Assembly (NCBI GenBank): GCA_017421915.1
Contig: JAFOHG010000006.1
Location: 1-62,253 of the forward strand
Origin: Cellulosilyticum sp.
Lineage (GTDB): Bacteria > Bacillota > Clostridia > Lachnospirales > Cellulosilyticaceae
Reading direction: 5' to 3'
DNA: 62,253 bases
Positions 20,999-31,448 of the stretch are shown here, in pieces. The notes beneath the pieces are model-generated. The model saw nothing but the letters and a program-made list of their open reading frames with translations, was not told where the DNA came from and searched no databases. The position numbers and the translations under genes are program-made. Each line of letters opens with the position of its first letter. Position 1 is the stretch's first letter.

Positions 20999-22423
20999 CT
21001 ATCTTTTATAAAATTGACATAAAATATTTCTTTCTGCCCCTAAATGCGTTTTTTCTATTTCTATTTTGACAGGATAATATGCTTCTAAATGGGCAATCAT
21101 ATTTTGTTCCATCATTTTTTCATAAAAATCTGGATGTGCTTGTAAATAAACAGCTTGTCTTACCTCACCTAGGTCTATTCCTCTAAGCTGATCTTCTAAT
21201 TTCATAGATGCCATTAAAAAACTTTCTTTTGTATAAGGCATATGACACTGTGGACATTCATCCATTAATTTATGAGAAACGCATTGATTTTTTTTCGTTC
21301 TAGAAAATTGCATTAAACTTAATTCAGTTAATGGATAAACTTTTGTTAAGTGGTCCCCATAATACTCTAATAACTGTTTTGCATATTCATATACCTCTAC
21401 CTTATGAGCATTACTTTTCATCTCTACTAAATCTAAAATAATCATACCTGATAAATTTCGTCGTAAAATCTGCAAAATAGCTTCTTTAATAGCTTCTTTA
21501 TTAAGCTCTAAGGTTGCCTTTTCTGCATTTTTTGTTAAAATGGCTTTTGCACTATTTACATCAATAATCGTCATAGCCTCTGTATAGTCTATAATTAAAT
21601 TACCACCATTTTTTAACCATATCTTTCGTTTGGTTAACTGATCAATCTTTTTGTTTAATCCGTAAATTGAAAAGATACCTTGCTCATCTTCATAATATTT
21701 CACAGAGACCTCTTCTAAATGGCCATATTCTTTTACTAGTTTTTGAACCTGCTCCAATACTTCTTTATGGTTACAAATGACCTCTAGTGCTTTTCCTTTT
21801 ATCAGTTGTTCTATAAGCATTTGATAAATAGGTGTTGGTTCTTCATATAAAATGCTACCTTTTACTAAATATTGCCCTTCCTTAAGTAAAGTATTCACTT
21901 TCATTATTAAATTTTTAGCATCTTCTATAATTTCTTCTATTGTTGCCTCTGCTGCATGCGTACGTACAATAAATCCATAAGATGAATTTAATTCATTTTC
22001 TAGCACCTTTTTTATTTGCTCTCGAAAACTAGTATTACTAATCTTCTTTGATACATGAATACCTGGTTCAAACGGCAAACATACTAAATACTTTCCACTT
22101 ATATTCAGTTTAGCTGTAAGTTTGTGTCCTTTATCTCCAATATTTTGTTTAGTAATTTGTACTGGTAGGGAATAGCCCTGTTGCAATTTAGATAAATACA
22201 CATCCGGTATCTGTTTAAAATGTAGCATTCCATTTTTATCTGTACCGTAATCTATAAAAGCTGCTTTTAAATTCTTAACAATTTGTTGAACGCGCCCCAT
22301 CACAATACAGTCTTGCCAATTCACTTCTAAAGTGGAATCTACATAATATTGAGTCAATTCTTCATTGATAAGAAGCGCCATCTCCATAGATAGCGCATTC
22401 TTTTTTATAATCATTTTATTCAT
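20999..22423 (-). CDS. rng: Ribonuclease G/E family
   Basis: S1 domain (AAFIDYG), LKNGGNLIIDYTEAMTIIDVNS, RNLSGMIILD; start at MNKMII. Confidence 0.9.
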   Translation of the reverse strand: MNKMIIKKNALSMEMALLINEELTQYYVDSTLEVNWQDCIVMGRVQQIVKNLKAAFIDYGTDKNGMLHFKQIPDVYLSKLQQGYSLPVQITKQNIGDKGHKLTAKLNISGKYLVCLPFEPGIHVSKKISNTSFREQIKKVLENELNSSYGFIVRTHAAEATIEEIIEDAKNLIMKVNTLLKEGQYLVKGSILYEEPTPIYQMLIEQLIKGKALEVICNHKEVLEQVQKLVKEYGHLEEVSVKYYEDEQGIFSIYGLNKKIDQLTKRKIWLKNGGNLIIDYTEAMTIIDVNSAKAILTKNAEKATLELNKEAIKEAILQILRRNLSGMIILDLVEMKSNAHKVEVYEYAKQLLEYYGDHLTKVYPLTELSLMQFSRTKKNQCVSHKLMDECPQCHMPYTKESFLMASMKLEDQLRGIDLGEVRQAVYLQAHPDFYEKMMEQNMIAHLEAYYPVKIEIEKTHLGAERNILCQFYKR

Positions 22424-23102
22424 TGATTCTGCCCACTGTATAAATCGGCACAAGTCCTTCTTTTTCTTCAGTATACAATTCCTTTCTGCTTACTTGCATT
22501 GTATAAGCTTCTTCACCTAATAAAGCTTTTACGAAAAGATCTGGGTTAAGGTTTTTACTACTTCCTGCATAAACCTGTAAATCAATTTTAATCGTGTCAT
22601 TTTCTTGTGTAAAATCACTCTTTAAAATGAGTGGCTTAATATCCACTGGAGCAATTCCTTTTTTACCTTTTTTTAATACAATAAGTTCATCACTATTTTC
22701 TACCTTATCTGCTAATGACTGAGCAGTAATTGATGCGTTTTCACATTTAAGTATAATGGTATAATCTGCTCCTTGAACAAGACTCATAAGAGATGTTGAC
22801 TTTTCTTCTACTTCATACGCATCTAATAATGTAATGCCTTGAACAAAAACTTTTTGTAAACGTTCTTTTACTTCACTTGGAGATACAACTTCATCCATCA
22901 TAATCTCCATATATTCTCCCTCACTGCTCATCCCTACTGCAAGTGGTAATGCAAAATAAACAAGTGAATGTGGACTAAAGCCTTGTGAATAACTTACTGG
23001 CAAGTTAGCTACTTTAATGGCTCTTTGGAAAAGTCTCATTGTATCAAGATGCCCAACATACTTTATCTTTCCTATTTTACTAAACTTTAATCTAACTCTC
23101 AT
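22416..23102 (-). CDS. Radical SAM-linked protein (TIGR03936/DUF2344-like)
   Basis: KYVGHLDTMRLFQRA, YSQGFSPH, LAVGMSSEGEY; partner of the upstream radical SAM. Confidence 0.88.
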   Translation of the reverse strand: MRVRLKFSKIGKIKYVGHLDTMRLFQRAIKVANLPVSYSQGFSPHSLVYFALPLAVGMSSEGEYMEIMMDEVVSPSEVKERLQKVFVQGITLLDAYEVEEKSTSLMSLVQGADYTIILKCENASITAQSLADKVENSDELIVLKKGKKGIAPVDIKPLILKSDFTQENDTIKIDLQVYAGSSKNLNPDLFVKALLGEEAYTMQVSRKELYTEEKEGLVPIYTVGRINE

Positions 23103-24939
23103 GACATAATCCCTTTCCAAATCGACTTGCACCACATCCAGAACATTTCTCACTACAGTTTGGTGTTGTTTTTGCTGCTTTAGCTAGCTCATTTTCACGA
23201 ATTAAGAACTTCTTCGTTACACCAATATCAATATGATCCCATGGTAATACTTCTTCATATGAGCGTTCTCTTTTTGCATAAAAATCAAAGCTTAATCCCA
23301 TTTCTTCGGCAGCTTCTACCCATTTATCATGGTTAAAATATTCACTCCAGCTATCAAAAGTACAGCCTTTTTTGTAGGCTCTATAAATTAATTCTGCTAC
23401 TTTTTGATCGCCTCTAGCAATAACCGCTTCCAGTACACTTGTTTTTGCATCATGGTGAATATAACGAATTTGCTTTCTTGTAATGCTTCCTTTTAAAAGC
23501 TTAATTTTTTCAATAAAACTTTCAGCTGTATCTTGAGGCGCCCATTGGAATGGTGTAAATGGTTTTGGTACAAAGCAAGATGTACTAATTGTAAGCTGAA
23601 GTCCTGGTGCTCGTACTGCTTTATCTACTCCAAAGTAAGTTTGTACTATTTTATCTCCAAGTTCTGCAATACCTACAATGTCTGTATCTTCTTCATAAGG
23701 AAGACCTAACATAAAGTAAAGTTTAACACGATTCCAACCACCTTCAAAGGCAAGCTTACAACCACGTAAAATTTCTTCTTCTGTAATATTTTTATTGATT
23801 ACATCACGTTGTTTTTGTGTCCCAGCTTCTGGTGCAAAAGTTAAACTGCTTTTTCTAACTTCTTGAACTTTTTGCATTAAATCTACAGAAAAGGCATCTA
23901 CACGAAGTGATGGTAAAGAAATATTAACCTTTTGATCTCTACAAATTTCTAGTAACTCATTTGTAAATGGCTCTAATTCATCATAATCACTTGTACTTAA
24001 AGAACAAAGTGAAATTTCATCATACCCAGTTGACTCAAGTAATTTCTTTGCATGTCCAATAAGCACATCTTTACTTTTTTGTCGAACCGGTCTATAAATC
24101 ATTCCTGCTTGACAGAAACGACAACCACGAATACATCCTCTAAACATTTCTAACGTTGCACGGTCATGCACTGCTTGAATCCAAGGAATAACTTGTGTTT
24201 CTGGATAAAAAGCTTCATCTACATTAGTTACAATAACTTTTCTAATTTTCTCTGGTGCGTCTTTATGAAGTGAAATACGTTCTTTAATTGTACCATCTTC
24301 ATTATAGTGTACTTCATAAAATCTAGGTATATAAAGACCTGGAATTTTTAAACACTCTACAAGGAATGCTTCACGTGTTCCACCTTGTGCTTTCCATTCT
24401 TGATAACGGTCGAAAAGTTCATCATAGCTTATTTCTCCCTCTCCTATATAGAAAATATCAACAAATGGTGCTAATGTTTCTGGGTTATACGTACAACATC
24501 CACCTGCAATTACAATTGGATCATCTTGTGTCCTATCTTTACTAAAAATAGGAACACCTCCTAGTTCTAGCATATTTAGCACATTGGTATAACTCATTTC
24601 ATATTGTAGTGTAAATGCTAAGAAATCAAATTCCTTAACTGGTGTGTGTGTTTCTAGTGCAAAAAGAGGAAGATTCGCTTTTCTCATTTCTTCTTCCATA
24701 TCTGGCCATGGTGCAAAAACACGCTCACAAAAAACATCTTCCCTTCTATTAAAGAAGTGATATAAAATTTGCATTCCTAAATGACTCATTCCTACTTCAT
24801 ACACATCAGGAAATGCAAACGCTACTCGTGTCATTTCAGGTGTAATGGCCTTATTGGCACTATTAAGCTCTCCACCAATATAGCGCGCTGGTTTATCTAC
24901 CTTACCTAATAGCGCATCTGTTAATTCTACTACTGACAT
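23092..24939 (-). CDS. B12-binding radical SAM protein (TIGR03960-like)
   Basis: KPARYIGGE, FPDVYEVGMSHLG, RGCIRGCRFCQAG, FAPEAG, FVPKPFTPFQW. Confidence 0.92.
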   Translation of the reverse strand: MSVVELTDALLGKVDKPARYIGGELNSANKAITPEMTRVAFAFPDVYEVGMSHLGMQILYHFFNRREDVFCERVFAPWPDMEEEMRKANLPLFALETHTPVKEFDFLAFTLQYEMSYTNVLNMLELGGVPIFSKDRTQDDPIVIAGGCCTYNPETLAPFVDIFYIGEGEISYDELFDRYQEWKAQGGTREAFLVECLKIPGLYIPRFYEVHYNEDGTIKERISLHKDAPEKIRKVIVTNVDEAFYPETQVIPWIQAVHDRATLEMFRGCIRGCRFCQAGMIYRPVRQKSKDVLIGHAKKLLESTGYDEISLCSLSTSDYDELEPFTNELLEICRDQKVNISLPSLRVDAFSVDLMQKVQEVRKSSLTFAPEAGTQKQRDVINKNITEEEILRGCKLAFEGGWNRVKLYFMLGLPYEEDTDIVGIAELGDKIVQTYFGVDKAVRAPGLQLTISTSCFVPKPFTPFQWAPQDTAESFIEKIKLLKGSITRKQIRYIHHDAKTSVLEAVIARGDQKVAELIYRAYKKGCTFDSWSEYFNHDKWVEAAEEMGLSFDFYAKRERSYEEVLPWDHIDIGVTKKFLIRENELAKAAKTTPNCSEKCSGCGASRFGKGLCHES

Positions 24940-24959
24940 TTCTTCCTCCGTATTGATCA

Positions 24960-25298
24960 TTAAAATATTTGTTTAATTGTAGTCTCAAGTTCTTCTTTAA
25001 ATTCTTGTATATAGACACTTTCAATATTTTGTCCTAATACTTGTTTTATAGTCGCTGTTAATTGATTACTATATAAACTTTGTTTTATAAACAGTAAACT
25101 CCATAGTAAAAGAGAACAAATAAATAATTCTATAAAAAAGCAATTTATTTTTAAAGTTTGTTCTTGAGATTGTTTTTCATCAAAAGCTTGTTCTATTTTA
25201 GGTAGCTCTTTTTGATTTAATATTTCATCTGTATCTATTGTGTCTTCCAGATTTATATCATCATTTAAAGTATAGGGCCTTTGCGTCTCCTCAACCAT
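24960..25298 (-). CDS. Small single-TM hypothetical protein, possibly SpoIVFA N-terminal-like
   Basis: GGAGGA RBS; acidic N-terminus, TM FFIELFICSLLLWSLLFI, short amphipathic tail. Confidence 0.65.
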   Translation of the reverse strand: MVEETQRPYTLNDDINLEDTIDTDEILNQKELPKIEQAFDEKQSQEQTLKINCFFIELFICSLLLWSLLFIKQSLYSNQLTATIKQVLGQNIESVYIQEFKEELETTIKQIF

Positions 25299-25368
25299 AT
25301 CCATTCCTCCTGAATGCTTCGTATAGGGAATATGCCCTTGCATACGACTCACTAATAATCTTAATTAT

Positions 25369-25396
25369 ATATATGAAAAAATGGATAAGCTTATGC
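25369..25396 (-). promoter_or_regulatory. Putative SigE-type sporulation promoter
   Basis: GCATA-16 bp-CATATAT. Confidence 0.45.
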
Positions 25397-25412
25397 AAAG
25401 TTTATGCAAAAT

Positions 25413-25437
25413 AAAAAAGACTTTAAAAAAGTCTTTT
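25413..25437 (-). terminator. Terminator after mgsA
   Basis: aaaagacttt-aaa-aaagtctttt with extended U-run. Confidence 0.6.
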
Positions 25438-25831
25438 ATCGCATGACCTCACGCCAACTTAAATCTCCTCTTTCTAAAGCTTTTACTAAAAGCTCTGCTG
25501 TTGCGAGATTTGTAGCAATAGGAATATTATGTGAATCACATAGTCTCTCTATTCCACCTAAATCTGGCTCATGCGGCTTTTGAGATATTGGATCTCTTAA
25601 AAAGATAACCATATCTATTTGGTTATGTGCAATTTGAGCTCCTAATTGTTGAGCACCCCCTAAGTGGCCTGCTAAATATTTATAAATTGTTAAATTGGTT
25701 GCTTCTTCAATCAAACGACCCGTTGTACCAGTAGCATATAATGTATGCTTGGTTAAAATATGACGATACGCAATTGTGAAGTTTTCCATTAATTTCTTCT
25801 TTGCATCATGTGCAACTAAAGCTACATTCAT
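25436..25831 (-). CDS. mgsA: Methylglyoxal synthase
   Basis: [20 protein letters not shown]...[14 protein letters not shown]. Confidence 0.93.
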   Translation of the reverse strand: MNVALVAHDAKKKLMENFTIAYRHILTKHTLYATGTTGRLIEEATNLTIYKYLAGHLGGAQQLGAQIAHNQIDMVIFLRDPISQKPHEPDLGGIERLCDSHNIPIATNLATAELLVKALERGDLSWREVMR

Positions 25832-25844
25832 CTTTTAACCCTCC

Positions 25845-26963
25845 CTAAAACATTTTTTTCTCACTACGCATAGCAACGTTAAGAACAAGTCCTAATCCCA
25901 TCATATTAGCCCAAAGAGAACTTCCTCCATAACTAATAAAAGGTATTGGGATTCCTGTATTAGGTAAAAAATCTGTTACCACACCCATATTGACAAAGCT
26001 TTGCATAGCTATCATTCCAAAATATCCAATGACTATAAATCGTCCCAACTCATCAGGTGCTCCTCTTGCAACCCATAGTCCTCTAAATATAAAGAGTAAT
26101 AAAATACCTATTACTCCTAATACACCTATAAATCCTAATTCTTCACCTACCACTGCCATAATGAAGTCATTATGAGATTCTGGTAAGTAATTAAGCTGAC
26201 TAATAGAGCCTTGATTGAGTCCTTTACCATATAAGCCTCCTGAGCCAATAGCCTGAACTGCACGTTGTGTTTGATACTTATCTCCTGATGAGTCTCCACC
26301 ATTAACAAGACTCATAATACGCTTACGCTGATATTCTTTGATTAATCCTTGATCAGGATTATTTACAATATATACAAATCCAACGACAATTACTAAAATA
26401 CTAACTGTTGCTCCTATAACTATATATTTAAGGTCAAGTTTACTCACAAATAATTGTATCACCAATATCACAATAAGTACAATACTTGTTGATAAATTTG
26501 GTTGGCGATTTACCAAAATAAATGGAACAAACTCAAAAATTCCAATCACTAATAATGGCCATAATTTATTAATTCTTGTATTATACTTGTTAATAATAGT
26601 TGCACCACACAAAATCATAGCAATCTTAGCAAATTCTGAAGGTTGTATTTGTATTCCTGCAATATTAATCCATCTCGTGGCACCATTAACATTAACACCA
26701 AGGAATTTTACTGCAATTAGTAATATAATAATAGCTGCATAAATAATCAAATACCAATTTGCTAACATATGATAATCAATGCACATAACAATAAGCATTA
26801 ACACTAATCCAATGCAAAAAAACGCAATTTGTTTTGTTACATTAGTCATATCTCCTGCATATGCTGTTGCACTATTAATTGCAAGAATGCCTATCCCCGT
26901 TAAGATAGTCATTAATAACACAAGCCAAATATCAATTTTTTGAATTAAGCTCTTTATTTGCAT
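25845..26963 (-). CDS. rodA: SEDS peptidoglycan polymerase RodA
   Basis: GATRWI, QPSEFAK, AIGSGG, LPESHNDFI, PFISYGGSS. Confidence 0.9.
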   Translation of the reverse strand: MQIKSLIQKIDIWLVLLMTILTGIGILAINSATAYAGDMTNVTKQIAFFCIGLVLMLIVMCIDYHMLANWYLIIYAAIIILLIAVKFLGVNVNGATRWINIAGIQIQPSEFAKIAMILCGATIINKYNTRINKLWPLLVIGIFEFVPFILVNRQPNLSTSIVLIVILVIQLFVSKLDLKYIVIGATVSILVIVVGFVYIVNNPDQGLIKEYQRKRIMSLVNGGDSSGDKYQTQRAVQAIGSGGLYGKGLNQGSISQLNYLPESHNDFIMAVVGEELGFIGVLGVIGILLLFIFRGLWVARGAPDELGRFIVIGYFGMIAMQSFVNMGVVTDFLPNTGIPIPFISYGGSSLWANMMGLGLVLNVAMRSEKKMF

Positions 26964-27007
26964 CTTTAAATAAAGTTCCTTTCAAAGCAATATTTTATAC
27001 AATACTG

Positions 27008-27292
27008 CTATTTTACTTTTTTTAAATTTTTAATAGGAATATTGGCTGAAAGTACAGGTGCTTTTTTTCCACCTTGTTCATATTCCATATTAGATATTTC
27101 TATATTTAACTCTTCAGTATCAATATCTACATATTTAGATATAACTTCTAATATATCCGCACGCATCATTTCTAACAATTCGGTAGAACAATTCATACGG
27201 TCATGAATGAGTACTAATTTTAATCTATCTTTTGCAACAGAACCTGATTTATTTTTTCTACCAAATAATGCATTCATATCTAGGAACCCCAT
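27008..27292 (-). CDS. minE: Cell division topological specificity factor MinE
   Basis: AKDRLKLVLIHDR, ILEVISKYV, ANIPI. Confidence 0.95.
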   Translation of the reverse strand: MGFLDMNALFGRKNKSGSVAKDRLKLVLIHDRMNCSTELLEMMRADILEVISKYVDIDTEELNIEISNMEYEQGGKKAPVLSANIPIKNLKKVK

Positions 27293-27307
27293 ACCCTTCA
27301 CCTCTTT

Positions 27308-28105
27308 TTAGTTACCGAAACCAAATACTCGTTTTATTCTACCCATAAAATTACTATTGGTGTTTAAGTCTAAAAACGGAATATCTTGTCCTAAAACACG
27401 GCTTGCAATATTTTTAAATGCTTTTCCCGCTAGTGAATTTCCTTGTGCTGATGCAGGTTCCCCTTTATTTGTTGTCACTACAACTTGCTCATCATCTGGT
27501 ACCACACCTATTAAATCTACAGCCAGAATTTCTACAACATCATCCATAGCCATCATGTCACCACGTTTAACCATTTGCATACGTACACGATTGATAATAA
27601 GCTGCATATTGGATACGCCATGCGCTTCTAAAAGGCCAATAATTCGATCTGCATCTCTTACTGCGGATACTTCAGGCGTTGTTACAATTAATGCTCGATC
27701 TGCCCCAGCAATAGCATTTTGAAATCCTTGTTCAATACCTGCTGGACAATCTAAAATAACATAATCATATTCTTCTTTTAATGTCTCACATAGCTTACGC
27801 ATTTGTTCTGGGCTCACTGCATTTTTATCTCTTGTTTGTGCTGCAGGTAAAAGAAATAATCCTTCAAAACGTTTATCTTTTATTAAAGCTTGCTTTAATC
27901 TACATCTACCTTCTACCACATCTACTAAATCATATACAATGCGATTTTCAAGTCCCATAACGACATCTAAATTTCTAAGACCTATATCTGCATCCACTAA
28001 TACAACACTCTTTCCTTGTAAAGCTAGTGCTGTACCTACATTTGCTGAAGTAGTTGTTTTACCTACTCCACCTTTACCTGATGTTATAACAATCACTTCA
28101 CTCAT
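27308..28105 (-). CDS. minD: Septum site-determining ATPase MinD
   Basis: SGKGGVGKTT, DIGLRNLD, DCPAGIEQGF, RDADRIIG. Confidence 0.98.
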   Translation of the reverse strand: MSEVIVITSGKGGVGKTTTSANVGTALALQGKSVVLVDADIGLRNLDVVMGLENRIVYDLVDVVEGRCRLKQALIKDKRFEGLFLLPAAQTRDKNAVSPEQMRKLCETLKEEYDYVILDCPAGIEQGFQNAIAGADRALIVTTPEVSAVRDADRIIGLLEAHGVSNMQLIINRVRMQMVKRGDMMAMDDVVEILAVDLIGVVPDDEQVVVTTNKGEPASAQGNSLAGKAFKNIASRVLGQDIPFLDLNTNSNFMGRIKRVFGFGN

Positions 28106-28108
28106 TAA

Positions 28109-28807
28109 CTATACCCCCTGCTTATCATTAGTTGATAACATATGACTAATACTTTTAGTATCTAGAACGTCTACATAGACTTGTTCATCTATCAAATAGG
28201 CAATTTGTAATTCTTCACTAATACCCTTTTCCTCTTTTGGACATGGTGCAATTACATTTTTAATTCCAATTTGTATTGGTGCCATTCCTCTGCTTATTAT
28301 AAATGGCTTCTTAAAATTAGCATCTAACCCTGAATGAACCTTACCTTTGATTACACCAAATACAATCACATTTCCACCTGCTTTGATTACACCCCCCGGA
28401 TTAATATCACCAAAAACAATAACATTTCCTGGATATTCTATTTCCATCCCCGAACGTATAATCCCATAATAAAAATGTGTTAACGAACCATTCATTGTAT
28501 CTAGTTCATTCTTAACCCATAACATTTTCTCATCATATAAAATAGGTTCATTCTCAAAAGGATGTACAAAAGAAACATTGATAATATTCTGCTTTTTAAG
28601 TATATCAATTAATTCCTCTTGTTCTTGTGCACTTAATAAACGTCCTTTAAAACGAATACCTACTTTGGAACCCTTAAAAAAAGTCTTAGACTCATTTAAT
28701 TTTTGCTTGAAATAACTTATCACCTCTTCAAAGGATGCTTTTTCATCTAAAATTACTACAATGCCATCTACTGTTCCCTTGAATACGACAAGATTTCCCT
28801 CTCCCAT
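28109..28807 (-). CDS. minC: Septum site-determining protein MinC
   Basis: VVFKGTVDG; IRSG...GNVIVFGDINPGGVIKAGGNVIVFG. Confidence 0.93.
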   Translation of the reverse strand: MGEGNLVVFKGTVDGIVVILDEKASFEEVISYFKQKLNESKTFFKGSKVGIRFKGRLLSAQEQEELIDILKKQNIINVSFVHPFENEPILYDEKMLWVKNELDTMNGSLTHFYYGIIRSGMEIEYPGNVIVFGDINPGGVIKAGGNVIVFGVIKGKVHSGLDANFKKPFIISRGMAPIQIGIKNVIAPCPKEEKGISEELQIAYLIDEQVYVDVLDTKSISHMLSTNDKQGV

Positions 28808-28883
28808 GCTTTTCCCTCTATTCTATTTTTCAATCATTTTGATCCACCCATTTGTTCTAGGTTTTTCAAATTTTCTCACATTT

Positions 28884-28913
28884 ATTCTACACCATATCAT
28901 CTACCATTGACAA
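28884..28913 (-). promoter_or_regulatory. Putative SigA promoter of minCDE-rodA-mgsA
   Basis: TTGTCA-18 bp-TAGAAT in the mreD-minC gap. Confidence 0.45.
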
Positions 28914-28989
28914 TGAGATTTCTCAATTCAAATCTTTTTTTAAATATTTTTAAAATCTCTTTTATAGCTCTTCTTATTTATATTTCAAA

Positions 28990-29502
28990 TCAGAATATAT
29001 TTCGAGAACTCTTTTCATGTTCTTCTATTTTTTCATTAATTAAGTAAGCAATTTGGTAAATAATTAATGATAGTGTAATTGTATAGATTAATTCAGGAAT
29101 AATAATAGATTTAATAAAATAAACAAAAGATAACTTACCTCTCAAAATAAATGCCATTATATTCACAGCACCATAAAACAAACTACTAATCAATGTGCAA
29201 ATAAATGGAATAATAAAATTTTCTCTATAGAAATTTTTATTAAACTTCCCACATACAAATCCTATAAACATATAGCTCAGTAGTGTTGGACCTATGTGCA
29301 TTCCAAATGAAATATCATATAAAAGTCCTGAAAAAGCCCCAATAATCATTCCTTCTTTGCTACCTCTAAGTAACGCAAAAGACACAATAATCATAATCAT
29401 AAAATTAGGGCCAATTCCCCCAATTCTTATATATTGGAATAACGTTGACTCTAAGCTATGCATAATCACAAGTAAACTGCCTAATACTATTGCACGCATC
29501 AT
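28990..29502 (-). CDS. mreD: Rod shape-determining protein MreD
   Basis: Multi-TM; PNF, GLLYDI; follows mreC; start MMRAIV after AGGAGG. Confidence 0.9.
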   Translation of the reverse strand: MMRAIVLGSLLVIMHSLESTLFQYIRIGGIGPNFMIMIIVSFALLRGSKEGMIIGAFSGLLYDISFGMHIGPTLLSYMFIGFVCGKFNKNFYRENFIIPFICTLISSLFYGAVNIMAFILRGKLSFVYFIKSIIIPELIYTITLSLIIYQIAYLINEKIEEHEKSSRNIF

Positions 29503-29509
29503 ATCCCTC

Positions 29510-30328
29510 CTATTGATCGTCTGCACTAATTACTAGGACTTGTTTTAAATGTTCAAAATCTACAACCGGACGGACATAAGCATAGGTTACTAAATCATTA
29601 CTATTGACTTTTACCTCTTCTACTTTACCTATTAAAATCCCTGGTGGATAAACATCACTTAAATTAGAAGTAATAATTTGATCATTTTTTACAATCTCAG
29701 ACTCTCCATTAATCTCTAGTAAGCATAATCCATCATTAGCAAGTTCAATATCTCCTCTTAAAATCCCTACGTCACCTGTTCGACTCACTTCGATTCCAAC
29801 AGCACTTCGACTATCAAGAAGCGTAATAACTTTTGACGAAACATTAGTTGCTTCTTCTACATGTCCAACTAATCCACCATCTGCTAAAACAACACTATTA
29901 TTTTGTACATTTTGATTAATACCCACATCTATAGTGTATACTTTATTCCAATTGCCGTAGTCTCTTCCTATTACATTAGCCCCGATACCAGCATAATCTA
30001 CATACACTTCTTTCATATCTAATGCACTTCTTAAACGTTTTAAATCATCCGAAACACGTTCTGCAACCACTTGCTTCGCTCGAAGTTGATCCACTTCTTC
30101 TTTTAGTGCTTTATTTTCTGCAATTAGTTCATCTACCTTTTTAAAACGCTCATAAATCTGACTGGTACCATTAGTTATTAAGGTAATTCCCTTTTCAAAA
30201 GGATAGAGTACATAATTTACCCCTGTACTAAGTACAGGGATATCAAATGCTTTCCCAATACCAATAAGAGCTATCAAAAGGACACCAGCAACTATGCCTA
30301 CCCTTTTTATTTTCTTATTCAATTTCAA
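29510..30328 (-). CDS. mreC: Rod shape-determining protein MreC
   Basis: TM, coiled coil ENKALKEE, GLVGHV, YPPGILIGKV, PVVDFEHL. Confidence 0.93.
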   Translation of the reverse strand: MKLNKKIKRVGIVAGVLLIALIGIGKAFDIPVLSTGVNYVLYPFEKGITLITNGTSQIYERFKKVDELIAENKALKEEVDQLRAKQVVAERVSDDLKRLRSALDMKEVYVDYAGIGANVIGRDYGNWNKVYTIDVGINQNVQNNSVVLADGGLVGHVEEATNVSSKVITLLDSRSAVGIEVSRTGDVGILRGDIELANDGLCLLEINGESEIVKNDQIITSNLSDVYPPGILIGKVEEVKVNSNDLVTYAYVRPVVDFEHLKQVLVISADDQ

Positions 30329-30345
30329 GGTACTCGCTCCTTATA

Positions 30346-31356
30346 TTATTTATCATCAGCAAAAATAGCTGACCATTTTTCAATATTTTCTAAAGCATAT
30401 CCTGTTCCTTTAGCAACACAATCTAATGGATCTTCTGCAATATTAACTGGCATGCCTGTTTCTAAGCTAATTAATGTATCTAAACCTGTAAGAAGCGCAC
30501 CACCACCTGTAAGCATAATACCACTTTCCATAATATCAGCTGCAAGTTCTGGCGGTGTTTTTTCTAAGGTTAACTTGATTGCTTCAATGATAGAGTTAAC
30601 TGGCTCTTTAATAGCTTCTGTTACTTCTGCTGAAGTAATAGTCAATACTTTTGGTAATCCTGTTACCAGATCACGTCCACGGATTTCCATTGTTTCATCT
30701 TGTCCAGTTGGGTAAGCTGCTCCAATATTAATTTTAATTTGCTCAGCTGTTCTTTCACCTATCATTAAATTATATTCACGTTTAATATATGCTACGATAT
30801 ATTCATCAAATTCATCACCGGCAATACGAAGTGATTTACTTGCTACAATACCACCTAATGAAATAACAGCAACATCTGTTGTCCCACCACCGATATCTAC
30901 AACCATGTTACCTGTTGGTTCTTCTACACGAAGATGTGCACCAATTGCAGCTGCCATTGGTTCTTCCATAATAAGTGCCTTTTTTGCTCCTGCCTTTTCA
31001 GTTGCTTCTTCAACCGCACGTTTTTCTACTGATGTAACGCCTGAAGGCACACATACAATAACTCTTGGTTTTGAACCAAATAAAGATTGTTTATATGCTT
31101 TTCCTATAAAATAACGAAGCATAGCTGAAGTTGTATCAAAATCAGCAATAACACCATCTTTAAGAGGTCTAATTGCCACAATGTTTCCAGGTGTTCTACC
31201 AATCATTTGTTTTGCTTCATCACCTACAGCAAGCACTTCATTTGTTTTTTCTTTGATGGCTACTACAGAGGGTTCGTTTACCACAATACCTTTTCCTTTT
31301 ACAAAAACAAGTGTATTTGCAGTACCTAAATCGATACCCATATCTTTACTAAACAT
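30346..31356 (-). CDS. mreB: Actin-like MreB
   Basis: [44 protein letters not shown]. Confidence 0.98.
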   Translation of the reverse strand: MFSKDMGIDLGTANTLVFVKGKGIVVNEPSVVAIKEKTNEVLAVGDEAKQMIGRTPGNIVAIRPLKDGVIADFDTTSAMLRYFIGKAYKQSLFGSKPRVIVCVPSGVTSVEKRAVEEATEKAGAKKALIMEEPMAAAIGAHLRVEEPTGNMVVDIGGGTTDVAVISLGGIVASKSLRIAGDEFDEYIVAYIKREYNLMIGERTAEQIKINIGAAYPTGQDETMEIRGRDLVTGLPKVLTITSAEVTEAIKEPVNSIIEAIKLTLEKTPPELAADIMESGIMLTGGGALLTGLDTLISLETGMPVNIAEDPLDCVAKGTGYALENIEKWSAIFADDK

Positions 31357-31416
31357 ATATTTTCCTCCTAATTACTCTATCTACAATATGTGAATTGACA
31401 AAATATCATATCTACC

Positions 31417-31445
31417 ATCATACCTTTTTTTTCTTTTTTTTTCAA
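31417..31445 (-). promoter_or_regulatory. SigA promoter of mreBCD
   Basis: TTGAAA-17 bp-TATGAT. Confidence 0.65.
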
Positions 31446-31448
31446 CAT

